Source of the DNA: an uncultured Candidatus Binatia bacterium
GTDB lineage: Bacteria > Desulfobacterota > Binatia > UBA9968 > CAXXLF01
NCBI GenBank assembly: GCA_965218425.1
Contig: OZ244621.1
Span: 1,408,001 to 1,472,000 of the forward strand
Direction: 5' to 3'
Length of the DNA: 64,000 bases
Shown piece by piece: positions 1 through 10,267 of the stretch (the stretch's first letter is position 1; every line of letters starts with the position of its first letter). Position numbers and translations under genes: made by a program. Below the pieces are notes generated by a model, which saw nothing but the letters and a program-made list of their open reading frames with translations, ran no database searches and had not been told where the DNA came from.

Positions 1-99
1 TCCTCGGGCCTCCCGGATCTTTTCTTCGTAGAGGACAAGGTTGGCCCCAAGGTCTCCCAGCTTAGGATTGATCTGAGCGATACCTGTATTGAACGTCAT
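1..99 (-). CDS. Carbon-nitrogen hydrolase (nitrilase superfamily) protein, 5' end only; runs off the window edge
   Basis: Manual translation from ATG at 99: MTFNTGIAQINPKLGDLGANLVLYEEKIREARG, which matches the typical 'AQINPxLGDxxxN' N-terminus of CN hydrolases. Confidence 0.75.
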   Translation of the reverse strand, partial: MTFNTGIAQINPKLGDLGANLVLYEEKIREARG

Positions 100-179
100 A
101 ACACTTCAATGATGAGAAGTAACACAGGGGATGGGCTCCTTGCAATTTCCCTGGTTGTTCCCTTTCCGGTCTCTATTGC

Positions 180-518
180 AACACCCTCGGAACCCTTCAC
201 GAAAGTGGCCGATGGCCGCGTTGATGCTGTCCCGCTCGGCTGGTGCAATCCCCGGTTGTCGCGCAACACAGAAAAAGAATAGGCAGGATTGATCCACACG
301 GCGACGGGAGAGAAGAAACCCGACACGACATCCCTTAATCCTGCGGCCCACACCACCGGTTCGACCTGAACCGGATGGACTGCAAACAACAAGGTTCCAA
401 CGCGCGCGGCCCAATCATTTCGAACAAGCAGGCTCAATACAGCAAATACCACCAGCACGCCTAGAAGATGAAAAAGGAAAAAGCATGAAAGGACGACGAT
501 TCCTCTGGGAAAATCCAC
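180..518 (-). pseudogene. Remnant of a TMTC/DUF1736-like membrane glycosyltransferase-TPR gene
   Basis: LLFAVHPVQVEPVVWAAGLRDVVSGFF is the HP..VE.V.W motif of this family; a TPR-like fragment (AAIGHFREG) is in another frame; far shorter than full-length members. Confidence 0.55.
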
Positions 519-570
519 TGAATCGGTTATTATACTCCCCAGACTTACCCTTCACAACTTGCGGACTCCA

Positions 571-1647
571 ATGGTGCAAACAGCGCTTGAAGCTCTCGTC
601 TCAGAAAAAATTCAGGCAACCTGGGGCAAACACTCTCGCCTCCAGCGTCTCGAACCACTGTCTGGCGACGCCTCAAGCCGATCCTATTATCGAGCCTTTC
701 TAACGGGTCCCGGTGCTCCCCCCACGGTGGTTGTCATGAAACTCGCCGGAGAGGTTCTGCCCCTTTCCTCAGAGGAGCTAGTCGTTTTCAGCGAGCCCCC
801 AGGGGAACTCCCTTTTCTCAATCTTCACCGTTTCCTCACCAAGCTGGGAGCACGTATCCCCGCATTGTACGGTCAGTGGGCCGATCAGGGGGTCCTCTTG
901 TTGGAAGATCTCGGGAACTTCTCCCTCTGGGACTCGGTGCAGGGGCTGGAACCCCGAGACACCGTGAGTTGGTATAAGAAGGCCATCGACGGGCTGCTAT
1001 CGCTCCAGCTCAACGGCACCAAAGCGCGGGACCAGTCGTGCATTGCGTTCAAGCAGCGATTCGACTTTCGCTTGTACATGTGGGAGTTCCAACACTTCAT
1101 GGAATTCGGCATGGAACGCAGCGGGAAAGGAACCCTGGGAAAGAAAGAAAGGGACTTGATAATCGAATTCTTTTCTTCCATCTCGCGACAACTGGAGCGA
1201 CAGCCCTCCTACCTGAACCACAGGGACTATCACAGTTGGAACCTCATGGTTCACGACGAAGAGCTGGTCATGATTGACTTCCAAGACGCTCTGATGGCGC
1301 CCATCCAGTATGACCTGGCCTCGCTGCTAAACGACCGGGATACGGACAGCATCATTCAACCTGAACTGGAAAGCCGGTTGCTCGATTATTACCTCAGCCG
1401 GGCGGAAGATATGGGGGAGAAGATGCCCTCACGCGACGAATTTATGAAGAACTATCTCCTTTCAGCCCTGCAAAGAGACCTTAAAGTGGTGGGACGGTTC
1501 CATTACCTTGATCTGGTAAAGGGAAAGCCTCGCTACAAGCAGTACATCCCAATAACCTTAAAGCGAGTAAAGCGCCATTTATCGAGGCTTCCCAAGTTGG
1601 AAAAGCTATTGCCTCTCCTGGCCTCCCAGTTCACGGAGTTGCAATGA
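571..1647 (+). CDS. amgK: Anomeric MurNAc/GlcNAc kinase (APH-fold phosphotransferase)
   Basis: GDASSRSYYR, LLEDLG, HRDYHSWNLM, IDFQDALMAP motifs; overlaps murU; ATG 571 preferred over TTG 559. Confidence 0.8.
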   Translation: MVQTALEALVSEKIQATWGKHSRLQRLEPLSGDASSRSYYRAFLTGPGAPPTVVVMKLAGEVLPLSSEELVVFSEPPGELPFLNLHRFLTKLGARIPALYGQWADQGVLLLEDLGNFSLWDSVQGLEPRDTVSWYKKAIDGLLSLQLNGTKARDQSCIAFKQRFDFRLYMWEFQHFMEFGMERSGKGTLGKKERDLIIEFFSSISRQLERQPSYLNHRDYHSWNLMVHDEELVMIDFQDALMAPIQYDLASLLNDRDTDSIIQPELESRLLDYYLSRAEDMGEKMPSRDEFMKNYLLSALQRDLKVVGRFHYLDLVKGKPRYKQYIPITLKRVKRHLSRLPKLEKLLPLLASQFTELQ

Positions 1648-2393
1648 AGGCCATGGTCTTTGCCGCCGGCTATGGCCGGCGTCTTCGTCCGCTGACCGAA
1701 AAACTCCCCAAGGCCCTGATACCGGTTTGGGGCCGGCCAATGATCGAATACCCCCTCCGACTCCTGAGAGAAGCCGGGATTACCGAGGTCATTATCAACC
1801 TCCACCATTTAGGGAAAAAGATCGAAGATGCGCTGGGCAAGGGGGAATGGCTCGGCATACGTATTCAATATTTAAGGGAAGAAGAACTCCTCGACACCGG
1901 AGGCGGGCTATTGAGAGCCAAGCCTCTACTCGATAAAGGAACCTTCATCGTCATCAATAGCGATGTGATGATCGATCTTCCCCTGAAGGACCTGGTTGCA
2001 TTTCACCGGCAGAAGAGAGCTACGGCCACATTGGTTCTACGCAAAGACGACATGGCGGATCGGTATGGGGCCATCGGAACCGCATCAGACGGCAGAATCC
2101 ACTCATTTCTCGGCCAACGACCCGTCCAATGGCCCGACGTTCCTTTGAGCAAGGTCATGTTCACCGGCGTTCAGATCATGGAGCCAAAGGTTTTTGACTA
2201 CATGGAGGGGCCAAGCCCCTTTAGCCTTACCAGGGTGACCTATCCGAGAATACTGCTGCGTGGGGAACCTCTTTATGGCTTTACCTTTGGCGGATACTGG
2301 CAAGACCTGGGCACCCGGGAGAGAATCAAAGAGGCGGAAGGCAAGTTAATGAGTGGAGAAGTGAAACTGCATTACCTCGAAAAGACAGAGTAA
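1644..2393 (+). CDS. murU: NDP-sugar nucleotidyltransferase, MurNAc-1-P uridylyltransferase-like
   Basis: MKAMVFAAGYGRRLRPLT..PKAL, LDTGGG, WQDLGT; ATGA overlap with amgK. Confidence 0.75.
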   Translation: MKAMVFAAGYGRRLRPLTEKLPKALIPVWGRPMIEYPLRLLREAGITEVIINLHHLGKKIEDALGKGEWLGIRIQYLREEELLDTGGGLLRAKPLLDKGTFIVINSDVMIDLPLKDLVAFHRQKRATATLVLRKDDMADRYGAIGTASDGRIHSFLGQRPVQWPDVPLSKVMFTGVQIMEPKVFDYMEGPSPFSLTRVTYPRILLRGEPLYGFTFGGYWQDLGTRERIKEAEGKLMSGEVKLHYLEKTE

Positions 2394-2447
2394 GAAAGGC
2401 GGGGGGCTCCGTGTCAAAGCTCTGTCTCTGTCTTCCTACCCCTGTCA

Positions 2448-3641
2448 CTATCTCTGTCGCTTCCCCAATTTTGTCCCCAAATAATTTTTTCCCGGAACAA
2501 TCTTGCCCAGGACTGCTCCGTGACCTGCCCCGGTGACCCGGGGAAGATTACCGGCATTACCCTCTACGGCCTCGTTGGCCAGGATGGCAAAGGCTTGGGC
2601 CTCCAGGGCGTCGCCATCAAAACCCAACTCCTCAAGCACCGACACTTTAGCGAATGGAAGTTCCCCCTGTAGCATTTCCATTAAAGTTCGATTTTTTCGA
2701 CCTCCACCGGTAAAGTAAATCTCCTCCACCTTGCCGAAGCGGCGGAGAATAGACTCCCGATAGGCCTTTGCAATGGATGAGGCGGTCAGAGCGGTGGCGG
2801 TCGCCATCAGGTCCAAGGGACGAATACCTTTTTTCCTTGCCCGTTGACGAAGGGCGGACACATATTCACCGCCGAACTCCTCACGGCCCGCGGACTTCGG
2901 TGGAGACGCCGCGAAAAAGGGGTGTCGCATCAGTTCTCTCAGGAGACCTGCATGCACCCGGCCTTTTTTTGCCAGCGCGCCCCCTCGGTCGAAACCCATC
3001 TTTCCTCTGGTAACCCACCGGGCGAGTCCATCCATAATCATGTTGCCCGGCCCCGTATCAAAAGCTACGACATCTTTGATTCGACCTCCGGCAGGAAGGT
3101 AGGTCAGATTCGAGATCCCGCCCAGATTGTGGATCGCCCGTGACCTCCTCTCGTTCCTGAAGAGCAAATAATGAACATAGGGTGTCAACGGCGCCCCCTC
3201 GCCTCCAGAAGCAACGTCAGCCGGACGGAACTCTGCAACCGTTGTCACACCGGTCCGTTGCGCAATGACGGCAGGCTCTCCAAGTTGGAGGGTGGACTTC
3301 CCACTGCCCTTGGGATGATGGTAAACCGTCTGGCCGTGCGAACCGATGAGATCCACGGAGCGCAGGGAGCGACCCATCTTTTGCACGACACGCGCTGCGG
3401 CCTGGGCAAAAAGCTTTCCGAGTCTAAAGTTCAGGGAAGCGATTTGGGAAACGTCCGATGGACGATTTTTCCCGTGCCCTATTTCCAACAGCTCGTCGCG
3501 AATGCGTTTTGGATAGGGGATGCTAACAAATCCCAGCGGGCGGAAACGACACCTTTCACCCGAACCGTTGATCTTACCAACGGCCGCATCGATACCGTCC
3601 ATGGAAGTCCCCGACATGAGGCCAATAACAAAGCGCTTCAT
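2448..3641 (-). CDS. anmK: Anhydro-N-acetylmuramic acid kinase
   Basis: GLMSGTSMDGID, GSHGQT, GGEGAPL, NLGGISN, DTGPGN motifs. Confidence 0.95.
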   Translation of the reverse strand: MKRFVIGLMSGTSMDGIDAAVGKINGSGERCRFRPLGFVSIPYPKRIRDELLEIGHGKNRPSDVSQIASLNFRLGKLFAQAAARVVQKMGRSLRSVDLIGSHGQTVYHHPKGSGKSTLQLGEPAVIAQRTGVTTVAEFRPADVASGGEGAPLTPYVHYLLFRNERRSRAIHNLGGISNLTYLPAGGRIKDVVAFDTGPGNMIMDGLARWVTRGKMGFDRGGALAKKGRVHAGLLRELMRHPFFAASPPKSAGREEFGGEYVSALRQRARKKGIRPLDLMATATALTASSIAKAYRESILRRFGKVEEIYFTGGGRKNRTLMEMLQGELPFAKVSVLEELGFDGDALEAQAFAILANEAVEGNAGNLPRVTGAGHGAVLGKIVPGKNYLGTKLGKRQR

Positions 3642-3680
3642 GGAACTCAGCGGGGCTCAAAGATTGAGGCGTGAAAAGTC

Positions 3681-5681
3681 TTATTCGTAGCGGAGTGCTT
3701 CAATAGGATTGAGCGTAGCTGCTTTCTCCGCAGGATGGTAGCCAAAAAAGATGCCAATGGCGGCAGAAAAACCGCAGGCTAGCAGAATGGATCCAGCCGA
3801 CACCAGCGTCTCCCAGCCGCCAAAGTAGGAGATGACGTAGGACGCACCGATCCCGAGGAGGATGCCAATCATTCCACCCAGGAGGCTAAGCACCATGGTC
3901 TCGGTTAGAAACTGCCTGCGAATGTCGCGCCTCCTCGCCCCTACGGCCAGCCGGACCCCGATTTCTCGAGTCCGCTCCGTTACCGAGACCAGCATGATGT
4001 TCATGATCCCGATCCCACCCACGATCAGAGCGACAGAAGCAATCCCTGCCAGCAGGTAGGAGAGCGTGTTGGTCGCCTCATTGGCAGCCTCCACGATTTC
4101 GGCGCGATTACGGATCCTGAAGTCGTCCGGCTTTCCCGGTGTAATTCTGTGGCGCCGGCGCAGGAGCTCCGCCATGTCTTTTTCGGCTTGATAAGTTGCC
4201 TGCTGACTTGTGGCGGCAACTTCGATTCTCTGGACGTAATGGATACCAAGGAGCTTTCTCTGGGCAGTACGTAGCGGCACGAACACGATATCATCCAGAT
4301 CCCTGCCACTTCCGGATGTTCCTCGCTCCTGGAGCACGCCAATAACCTCAAAGGGAATATGCTTGATCCTGACCACCTGTCCCACGGCGTATTGCTCTCC
4401 AAACAGTTCCTTCGCTACCGTTTTTCCCAGCAGCGCCACCTTCCGGTTCAAGAGCATATCCTCCTCGCTAAAGATGGACCCCGATTCGATGGGCCAGTTT
4501 CTGATGCTGAGATAATCCGGCGTTGTACCGGTGAAGCGCGTCAACCAGTTCTGGTTGCCGTATACGACGGGGGCCGAGCCTCGTACCATGGGCGCCGCCA
4601 TATGGACTCTATTCACCTCATTCACCAGTGCCCCGGCATCGGCGGCCGTCAAAGTGGTGATCGTGCCGCTGCCGGCGCTTCGCCCGCCACGCCTGGAGCT
4701 CCCCGAGTAAACCGTCAAGCGGCTGCTGCCGAGCCTCTCCATCTGGCTGGCGATCTTGGCCTTAGTACCTTGGCCGATGGCCACCATGGCAATCACGGCC
4801 GCCACCCCAATGACGACTCCGAGCATGGTGAGCGCTGAACGCATCTTGTTGACCCGCAGGGCCTTCAGGGCGGTGCGAACGTTCTCCAACAGGTCTGACC
4901 TCAAGCCTTTCGTTTCCTCGGACGACGGCTCCTCCACCTTCCAGGTGCCGACCGCAGAGCTATCGCCCCCTTTCTCTTCCCCTTCAATGACACCGTCCTT
5001 AAAATGAATAACGCGTTGGCAATGGGAGGCCACCTCCGGGTCATGGGTCACGAGGATCAGCGTGATGCCTTTTTCGCGGTTAAGCTGCTTGAAGAGCTCT
5101 ATGATCTCTTCACCGGTCTTGGTATCCAGGTTGCCGGTGGGCTCATCGCCCAAAATGATCTGAGGCCCGTTCAACAGCGCCCTCGCTATTGCAACCCTCT
5201 GCTGCTGCCCTCCCGACAACTGCGCGGGCTGGTGTTCCTCCCGGCTCGCGAGTCCTACCAACTCCAGCGCCGCCTTGGCCCTTTCCACACGCATCCGGGG
5301 TGAGGCCCCATTGTAAAGCATGGGGAGCTCCACGTTCTCCAGCGCACTGGTTCTGGCCATGAGGTTGTAGTTCTGGAAGACAAAGCCGATGGCGTGGTTG
5401 CGAATGTAGGCTTTCTCGTCCGGAGAGAGGCTTCCCACTTCCTTACCCAACAATCGATATTCACCTGAAGTGGGCTGATCGAGGCAGCCCAGGATGTTCA
5501 TGAGGGTTGATTTTCCTGAGCCTGAGGGGCCCATGAGGGCCACGGTCTCTCCAGGGAAAATTCTTAGAGAAACCCGCTTCAGGGCCTCCACCTTCTGTTC
5601 GCCAAGATCATAGACCTTGGTCAAGTTTTCAACTTCGACGATTGGAGGGCGTTCCATAAACCGACTTCCATCGGACATCAT
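3681..5681 (-). CDS. macB: MacB-family ABC transporter (fused ATPase + permease)
   Basis: GPSGSGKST, LSGGQQQRV, DEPTGNLD; GGIGIMNIMLVSVTERTREIG and LNPIEALRYE permease signature. Confidence 0.9.
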   Translation of the reverse strand: MMSDGSRFMERPPIVEVENLTKVYDLGEQKVEALKRVSLRIFPGETVALMGPSGSGKSTLMNILGCLDQPTSGEYRLLGKEVGSLSPDEKAYIRNHAIGFVFQNYNLMARTSALENVELPMLYNGASPRMRVERAKAALELVGLASREEHQPAQLSGGQQQRVAIARALLNGPQIILGDEPTGNLDTKTGEEIIELFKQLNREKGITLILVTHDPEVASHCQRVIHFKDGVIEGEEKGGDSSAVGTWKVEEPSSEETKGLRSDLLENVRTALKALRVNKMRSALTMLGVVIGVAAVIAMVAIGQGTKAKIASQMERLGSSRLTVYSGSSRRGGRSAGSGTITTLTAADAGALVNEVNRVHMAAPMVRGSAPVVYGNQNWLTRFTGTTPDYLSIRNWPIESGSIFSEEDMLLNRKVALLGKTVAKELFGEQYAVGQVVRIKHIPFEVIGVLQERGTSGSGRDLDDIVFVPLRTAQRKLLGIHYVQRIEVAATSQQATYQAEKDMAELLRRRHRITPGKPDDFRIRNRAEIVEAANEATNTLSYLLAGIASVALIVGGIGIMNIMLVSVTERTREIGVRLAVGARRRDIRRQFLTETMVLSLLGGMIGILLGIGASYVISYFGGWETLVSAGSILLACGFSAAIGIFFGYHPAEKAATLNPIEALRYE

Positions 5682-5817
5682 TCCATTGCAATGAACAATC
5701 CATGACTCTAATCAGAAAATACTCCAGAGAGAATCGTCCCGTGTGGTAACGGTCGCATTCCGTCCCCGATGTTTAAGGGACCAACTCCCCGGCGACCTTG
5801 AGAGACACGGATCGGGA

Positions 5818-7200
5818 CTAGAACCCACCCAAGATCCGCCGACGCACCCATTGGGCCCGCCTTCCTCTCGGCCGTGTCTGGGCGGTCTGCACGGCGTCGG
5901 CGCGGATACCCACGATCACCCGATCCCCTTCTTTCAGGCCCTCTAAGATTTCAACATTCTTTGCGTCCCTGGCACCGTATCGAACGCGCGCCCTCTCAGG
6001 TTTTCCGTCGAGGTATACCCAGAGCCTGCCCCGCCCCCTGGGTCTCTCCCCACGGGACCGCCCGGCCCTTCTTCCTTTTCGACCCTTACGTCCTCCCCTC
6101 CCACTCCCGATTTCAGGATAAACCTTACGAATATCCCTCCTCTGAATCCGCAATCCCGCATGGGGCGCGAGCAGGACATCGCTTTTTCGAACCAATATGA
6201 TGGTAACATTGGCGGTCATGCCCGGCTTCAAGGCCAGATCTTCATTATCCACATGGATCTCAGTGTCATACGTGACGACGTTGCTCTGTATCTGCGGTGA
6301 CGGGTATATTTTTACTACCTCACCCCTGAAGATACGGCCCGGGTAGGAGTCCACCTGGAACTCCACCTCCTGCCCCGTGCGGACCCTCCCTATATCCGCC
6401 TCGTCCACCCAGGCATCAACCTTCATCCTGGTCAGTTCAGCGATCGTGACTATGGGTGGCGAGGAGAGACTTGCAGCCACTGTCTGGCCCGCCTCTACGT
6501 TTTTCGCGATGACAATACCCGAGACGGGCGCGCGAACCACGCTCCGCTTCAGTTTCACCTGGGCCAGGCGCAGCGCGGCTCGAGCAATTTTCACCTTGGC
6601 TTCAGCGGCCTGAATATTGGCCTGTTTGACCTTCGTCTCGTCCACGCGCGCGGAGCTTTCCTTAAAGCGGGAGGCGGCCATCTCCCATTCGGCCTTCACA
6701 CCGTCGAATTCCTCCTTTGAGATAAGGTCGCGGCGAAACAGCTCGGCAGCCCTCTTGTATTTCTTCTCGAGATTTTGATAGGACACCCTGGTTCCTGAAA
6801 TGCTCGCGGCGATCTGGTCTTTCTGCATTTTGACCCCGGCCTTTTCTTTGGCCAGGTTGGCAAAGGCGTCTTCAAGCTTGGCTTGCGCCTGAAGCACTTC
6901 AGCCCGGAAGAGATCCTGATCCAGTCTTGCGATGAGCTGCCCCACTTTGACGCGGGAGTTGACATCCACCACAAGGTCCTTGATGGTGCCGGAGACCTGG
7001 GTGCTGACCGTAACCGAGAGGACCGGATTCACCGAGCCCGTAGTTGTCACCCGGGAATAAATCTCCCCTTTTTTTACCTCGGCCAGTTGGAACGGGACGG
7101 GCGCATCTTCCTCCACCGGGAAGATGGTCGGTCCGGCCCACAAAAATCCGCCCAAAAGAACAACGGTCGTGAGGCTTCCCCAGAAAAGATATCGCTTCAT
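5818..7200 (-). CDS. MacA-like periplasmic adaptor (membrane fusion protein)
   Basis: VSTQVSGTI, coiled-coil hairpin, APVSGIV, VDEADIG, LKPGMTA; upstream of macB. Confidence 0.9.
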   Translation of the reverse strand: MKRYLFWGSLTTVVLLGGFLWAGPTIFPVEEDAPVPFQLAEVKKGEIYSRVTTTGSVNPVLSVTVSTQVSGTIKDLVVDVNSRVKVGQLIARLDQDLFRAEVLQAQAKLEDAFANLAKEKAGVKMQKDQIAASISGTRVSYQNLEKKYKRAAELFRRDLISKEEFDGVKAEWEMAASRFKESSARVDETKVKQANIQAAEAKVKIARAALRLAQVKLKRSVVRAPVSGIVIAKNVEAGQTVAASLSSPPIVTIAELTRMKVDAWVDEADIGRVRTGQEVEFQVDSYPGRIFRGEVVKIYPSPQIQSNVVTYDTEIHVDNEDLALKPGMTANVTIILVRKSDVLLAPHAGLRIQRRDIRKVYPEIGSGRGGRKGRKGRRAGRSRGERPRGRGRLWVYLDGKPERARVRYGARDAKNVEILEGLKEGDRVIVGIRADAVQTAQTRPRGRRAQWVRRRILGGF

Positions 7201-7411
7201 TCAAAACGTCTCCGTCGGCCCTGAAATTAAACCAAATCCTCCCGGCTTGCAACAGAGAAGGGGGGGTTGTTTTGCCCCCCCTGATTGTGATAAGAATCCG
7301 ACCCCCGGAACCGATCGGGGCGAAAAAAAATTGGACTATCCGTTAGACGGCCCAGGGTTCCACAAGGTTGAGCATTGAAACTCGTTCACAGAGGTAAACA
7401 AGGGAGGTCTT

Positions 7412-8287
7412 ATGGCGGAAGACGTCAAAGAGCTGGTTAGGAAATACGATGAGGGAAAGATCGGCCGGCGGGATTTCATACGCCAGTCGGTGTTCCTCAC
7501 CGGCAGCCTGGCCGTTGCCACAAGCTTAATCGAGTCGCTGATTCCTGCCCCGGTCCACGCGGCAATGACGGACGCAAACGATCCGGACCTGGTCTCGGAA
7601 GATGTCAAATACACGGGAAAGGCGGGCACCCTTTTTGGATACGTCAGCCGCCCGAAGGGGTCGGGACGTCATCCCGCGATTATCATAATCCATGCGAATA
7701 AAGGCCTGACTCCTCATATTAAAGACGTCGCCCGTCGTTTTGCCAAGCAGGGATACGTGGCCCTCGCGCCGGACTATTTCTCGCGTCATGGGGGGACCAA
7801 AAAAGTAAATCCCGAATACGGACGAATCAAGGGGTACCGCAAGCTCGTACCCGAGGACAATGTCCTGGAGGACACCGAGTCCGGTTTTACGTATCTCCGC
7901 GGCCTCTCTTCCGTACGCGACGACCGCCTAGGAGTAACCGGCTTTTGTTGGGGCGGCGGTATGGCCTTTTCCAGCGCGGCACGCATCCGCGGGCTGAAGG
8001 CCGCCGTGGTCTTTTATGGCAGCAGCCCCAAACCCCTCGATCAGATCCGGGATATAGAGGCGCCGGTGATGGCCCATTACGGCGGAGAGGACAAAAGGAT
8101 CAACAAGGGTATCGACGCCACCGCAGCCGCCATGAAGAAGCACAATAAACCCTTCGACTATAAGATCTACCCGGGGGCGAAACACGCCTTCATGAGCGAC
8201 AACCGAAAGTCGCGCTTCCACCCTAAGGCGGCGAAGGAGGCCTGGAGCCGAACCCTGGAATTTTTCGGCAAGCATCTGAAGGGCTAG
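7412..8287 (+). CDS. Dienelactone hydrolase family protein with Tat-like signal (YghX-like)
   Basis: IGRRDFIR twin-arginine motif; GFCWGGG nucleophile; YPGAKHAF; RBS GGAGG. Confidence 0.85.
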   Translation: MAEDVKELVRKYDEGKIGRRDFIRQSVFLTGSLAVATSLIESLIPAPVHAAMTDANDPDLVSEDVKYTGKAGTLFGYVSRPKGSGRHPAIIIIHANKGLTPHIKDVARRFAKQGYVALAPDYFSRHGGTKKVNPEYGRIKGYRKLVPEDNVLEDTESGFTYLRGLSSVRDDRLGVTGFCWGGGMAFSSAARIRGLKAAVVFYGSSPKPLDQIRDIEAPVMAHYGGEDKRINKGIDATAAAMKKHNKPFDYKIYPGAKHAFMSDNRKSRFHPKAAKEAWSRTLEFFGKHLKG

Positions 8288-8424
8288 CCCGGATCCGACC
8301 TCAGTGGATCAAGGAACTCCTTCATGCGGAGCACCGGCCCTGCCGAAGGTGGATTTGCGCCGTGCAATTCGAAATCAGGCGTGAGAGTTGTTGCGGAACA
8401 ACCTTCGGTTCGGCTGTAGCCCTT

Positions 8425-8730
8425 GCTGCATAGATTCCACTTGCGCGTGTTTCTCGGTTTTCTGTCGGCTTGGGGACGGTTGCTTGCACCTTACGTTTCT
8501 TTCCCCTGCCTGCCAACCCGGTCTTGGGGCGCAGGGGGCCTGTCACGAAGAGAGGGAGACGTCCGATACCTGAGGCTTAAGCCATTTCGGACTGACGGAT
8601 CAAATGACGGGGCCTCGAGGCATAAGCCCATCGGCTCCCGCTGAGGGGCAGGCCCCCGGGTCCAGATTACCCTCGGGGAACGAGCCTACGGCAGGCTGCT
8701 CGTTCAATGCCCACCTTCTTCATCCTCAAT
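8425..8730 (-). mobile_element. Probable IS110-family remnant: structured non-coding end plus the first ~21 codons of the recombinase
   Basis: Minus strand has several hairpins (GAACGAGC 8678-8685/GCTCGTTC 8698-8705; GTCCGA 8561-8566/TCGGAC 8587-8592), then purine-rich RBS and GTG 8489 giving MQATVPKPTENRETRASGIYA, which stops just before the expected G[IV]D motif; recognised by resemblance only. Confidence 0.5.
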
Positions 8731-8848
8731 CCCTTCGTCGCCCCAAAGATATTGGAGGATCTCGTTTGACATTCCAACTCCCCGGGAATAATAGTTTTAA
8801 CAACTGAAGCCGGCTATTTTCCGCAGCCTTCAGCCGAGGAGACACAAG

Positions 8849-9826
8849 ATGGCAAATCCTGAACTAACCCTGGCGTTGTCCCACTACGACCGGCATATTC
8901 CCCTGTTTGACGGGAGCGTCCAGGCGGAAGGCATTGAACTCGATGTCTTGCAGGTTGGCCAGAGCAGTCCCCTGAAGCATGGAGCGGACCGCCACGCCCG
9001 CATGCTGCAGAATGAAGAATTCGATATCTGCGAACTTTCACTTTCGTCCTACCTCATGGCTAGAAATCGGGGGTTGCCCTTCACCGCCATCCCGGTTTTT
9101 CCACGGAGGCTTTTCAGCCAATCGCAGATGTGGGTCAATATCGGTTCGGGGATCAGGTCTCCCAAAGACCTGATCGGGCGGAAAGTGGGGCTCAGCACGT
9201 TCCAAACGACCCTATCGGTACTCGCCAAGGGGGACCTCCAATCCGAGTACGGAGTTCCCTGGCGTGAGATCAAATGGATGGTTGCCAACGAAGAGACCGT
9301 TCCATTTAAACCTGAAGAGGGGGTAACCATCGAGCGCATTGGGCCGGATAAACGCATCGGTACGATGCTGAAGGACGGCGAGATCGACGCTTTGATGGTG
9401 CCGCACCCGGCTCGGGAAGTGGTCGCGAACCCGGACAAGATCCGGCGCCTGTTCTCCGACGCCAAGGCCGCGGAAGTCTCCTATTTTCGTAAAAACGGAT
9501 TCTACCCGATCATGCACCTGGTGGCTTTCAAGGATGAGGTCCTCGACCGGCACCCCTTTGCCGCGTGCAGCGTCCTGGATGCCTTCGAGAAGGCAAAGGA
9601 AACCTCCGACGGCTACTACCAGGACCCCAACTGGTCCCGCCTGGCCTGGGGCCGCCACCTCTTCGAAGAAGAGCGCCGACTTCTGGGCGTGGACCCGTGG
9701 CCCTGCGGCGTCAGGCGAAACCGGGACAACCTGGAGCGCTTCATGGGCTACTCCCTCGATCAAGGATTGATGGATAAGAGCCTCTCCGTGGAAGAGCTGT
9801 TTTTCGAATCCACTATTGACACGTGA
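8849..9826 (+). CDS. 4,5-dihydroxyphthalate decarboxylase-like / periplasmic-binding-fold protein
   Basis: LTLALSHYDR, FDICELSLSSY, AIPVFPRR, FYPIMHLV, DPWPCG..NR..LE.F..YS.DQGL. Confidence 0.8.
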   Translation: MANPELTLALSHYDRHIPLFDGSVQAEGIELDVLQVGQSSPLKHGADRHARMLQNEEFDICELSLSSYLMARNRGLPFTAIPVFPRRLFSQSQMWVNIGSGIRSPKDLIGRKVGLSTFQTTLSVLAKGDLQSEYGVPWREIKWMVANEETVPFKPEEGVTIERIGPDKRIGTMLKDGEIDALMVPHPAREVVANPDKIRRLFSDAKAAEVSYFRKNGFYPIMHLVAFKDEVLDRHPFAACSVLDAFEKAKETSDGYYQDPNWSRLAWGRHLFEEERRLLGVDPWPCGVRRNRDNLERFMGYSLDQGLMDKSLSVEELFFESTIDT

Positions 9827-10267
9827 GGCCGAAACGCTGCCGGGAATCCAGGTCGATCGGCCGGAAAGGAATAGCCGCTTCACGTCTCCCGGGGCAAGCC
9901 CAGTGGCCGTGCGGATAAGCCCGCTCCATGGACAGCTTCAGACTTCATATTTTTACCGAGTCTGATGGTCCGGCTCATGGCTCCAAAGCCGCGCAACGGC
10001 GATTACCGCAGCAAGGTGAGGAAAAGAATCGAGTCGTGCCCCGGTACAACGGCCCTGAGCCGCCAACTACGGCAATCGTTATTGGAAATGCTAAAAAGTA
10101 TTTAGGGAAAGGGGTTGGAAGGATTCCGGAAGCTACGGCAGCCCATGGAGGCTCTATCGATAACACCCCACTGCAACGAACACCCATACCCGACGCGCAA
10201 GGGAGAGGATAGCGGCACTACAAAAACAGCGAATCGCCCTGCCGGGTTCAACTCACCGGCCGTCCTG

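Noticed and set aside
8490..8730. 6S RNA or riboswitch interpretation of the structured region
   Set aside because: No long terminal duplex or recognisable aptamer consensus; an IS110-end interpretation fits the adjoining stub ORF better, though neither was tested
9928..10260. Short ORFs between the decarboxylase-like and TPR genes
   Set aside because: No RBS or recognisable motif; a coding call cannot be supported
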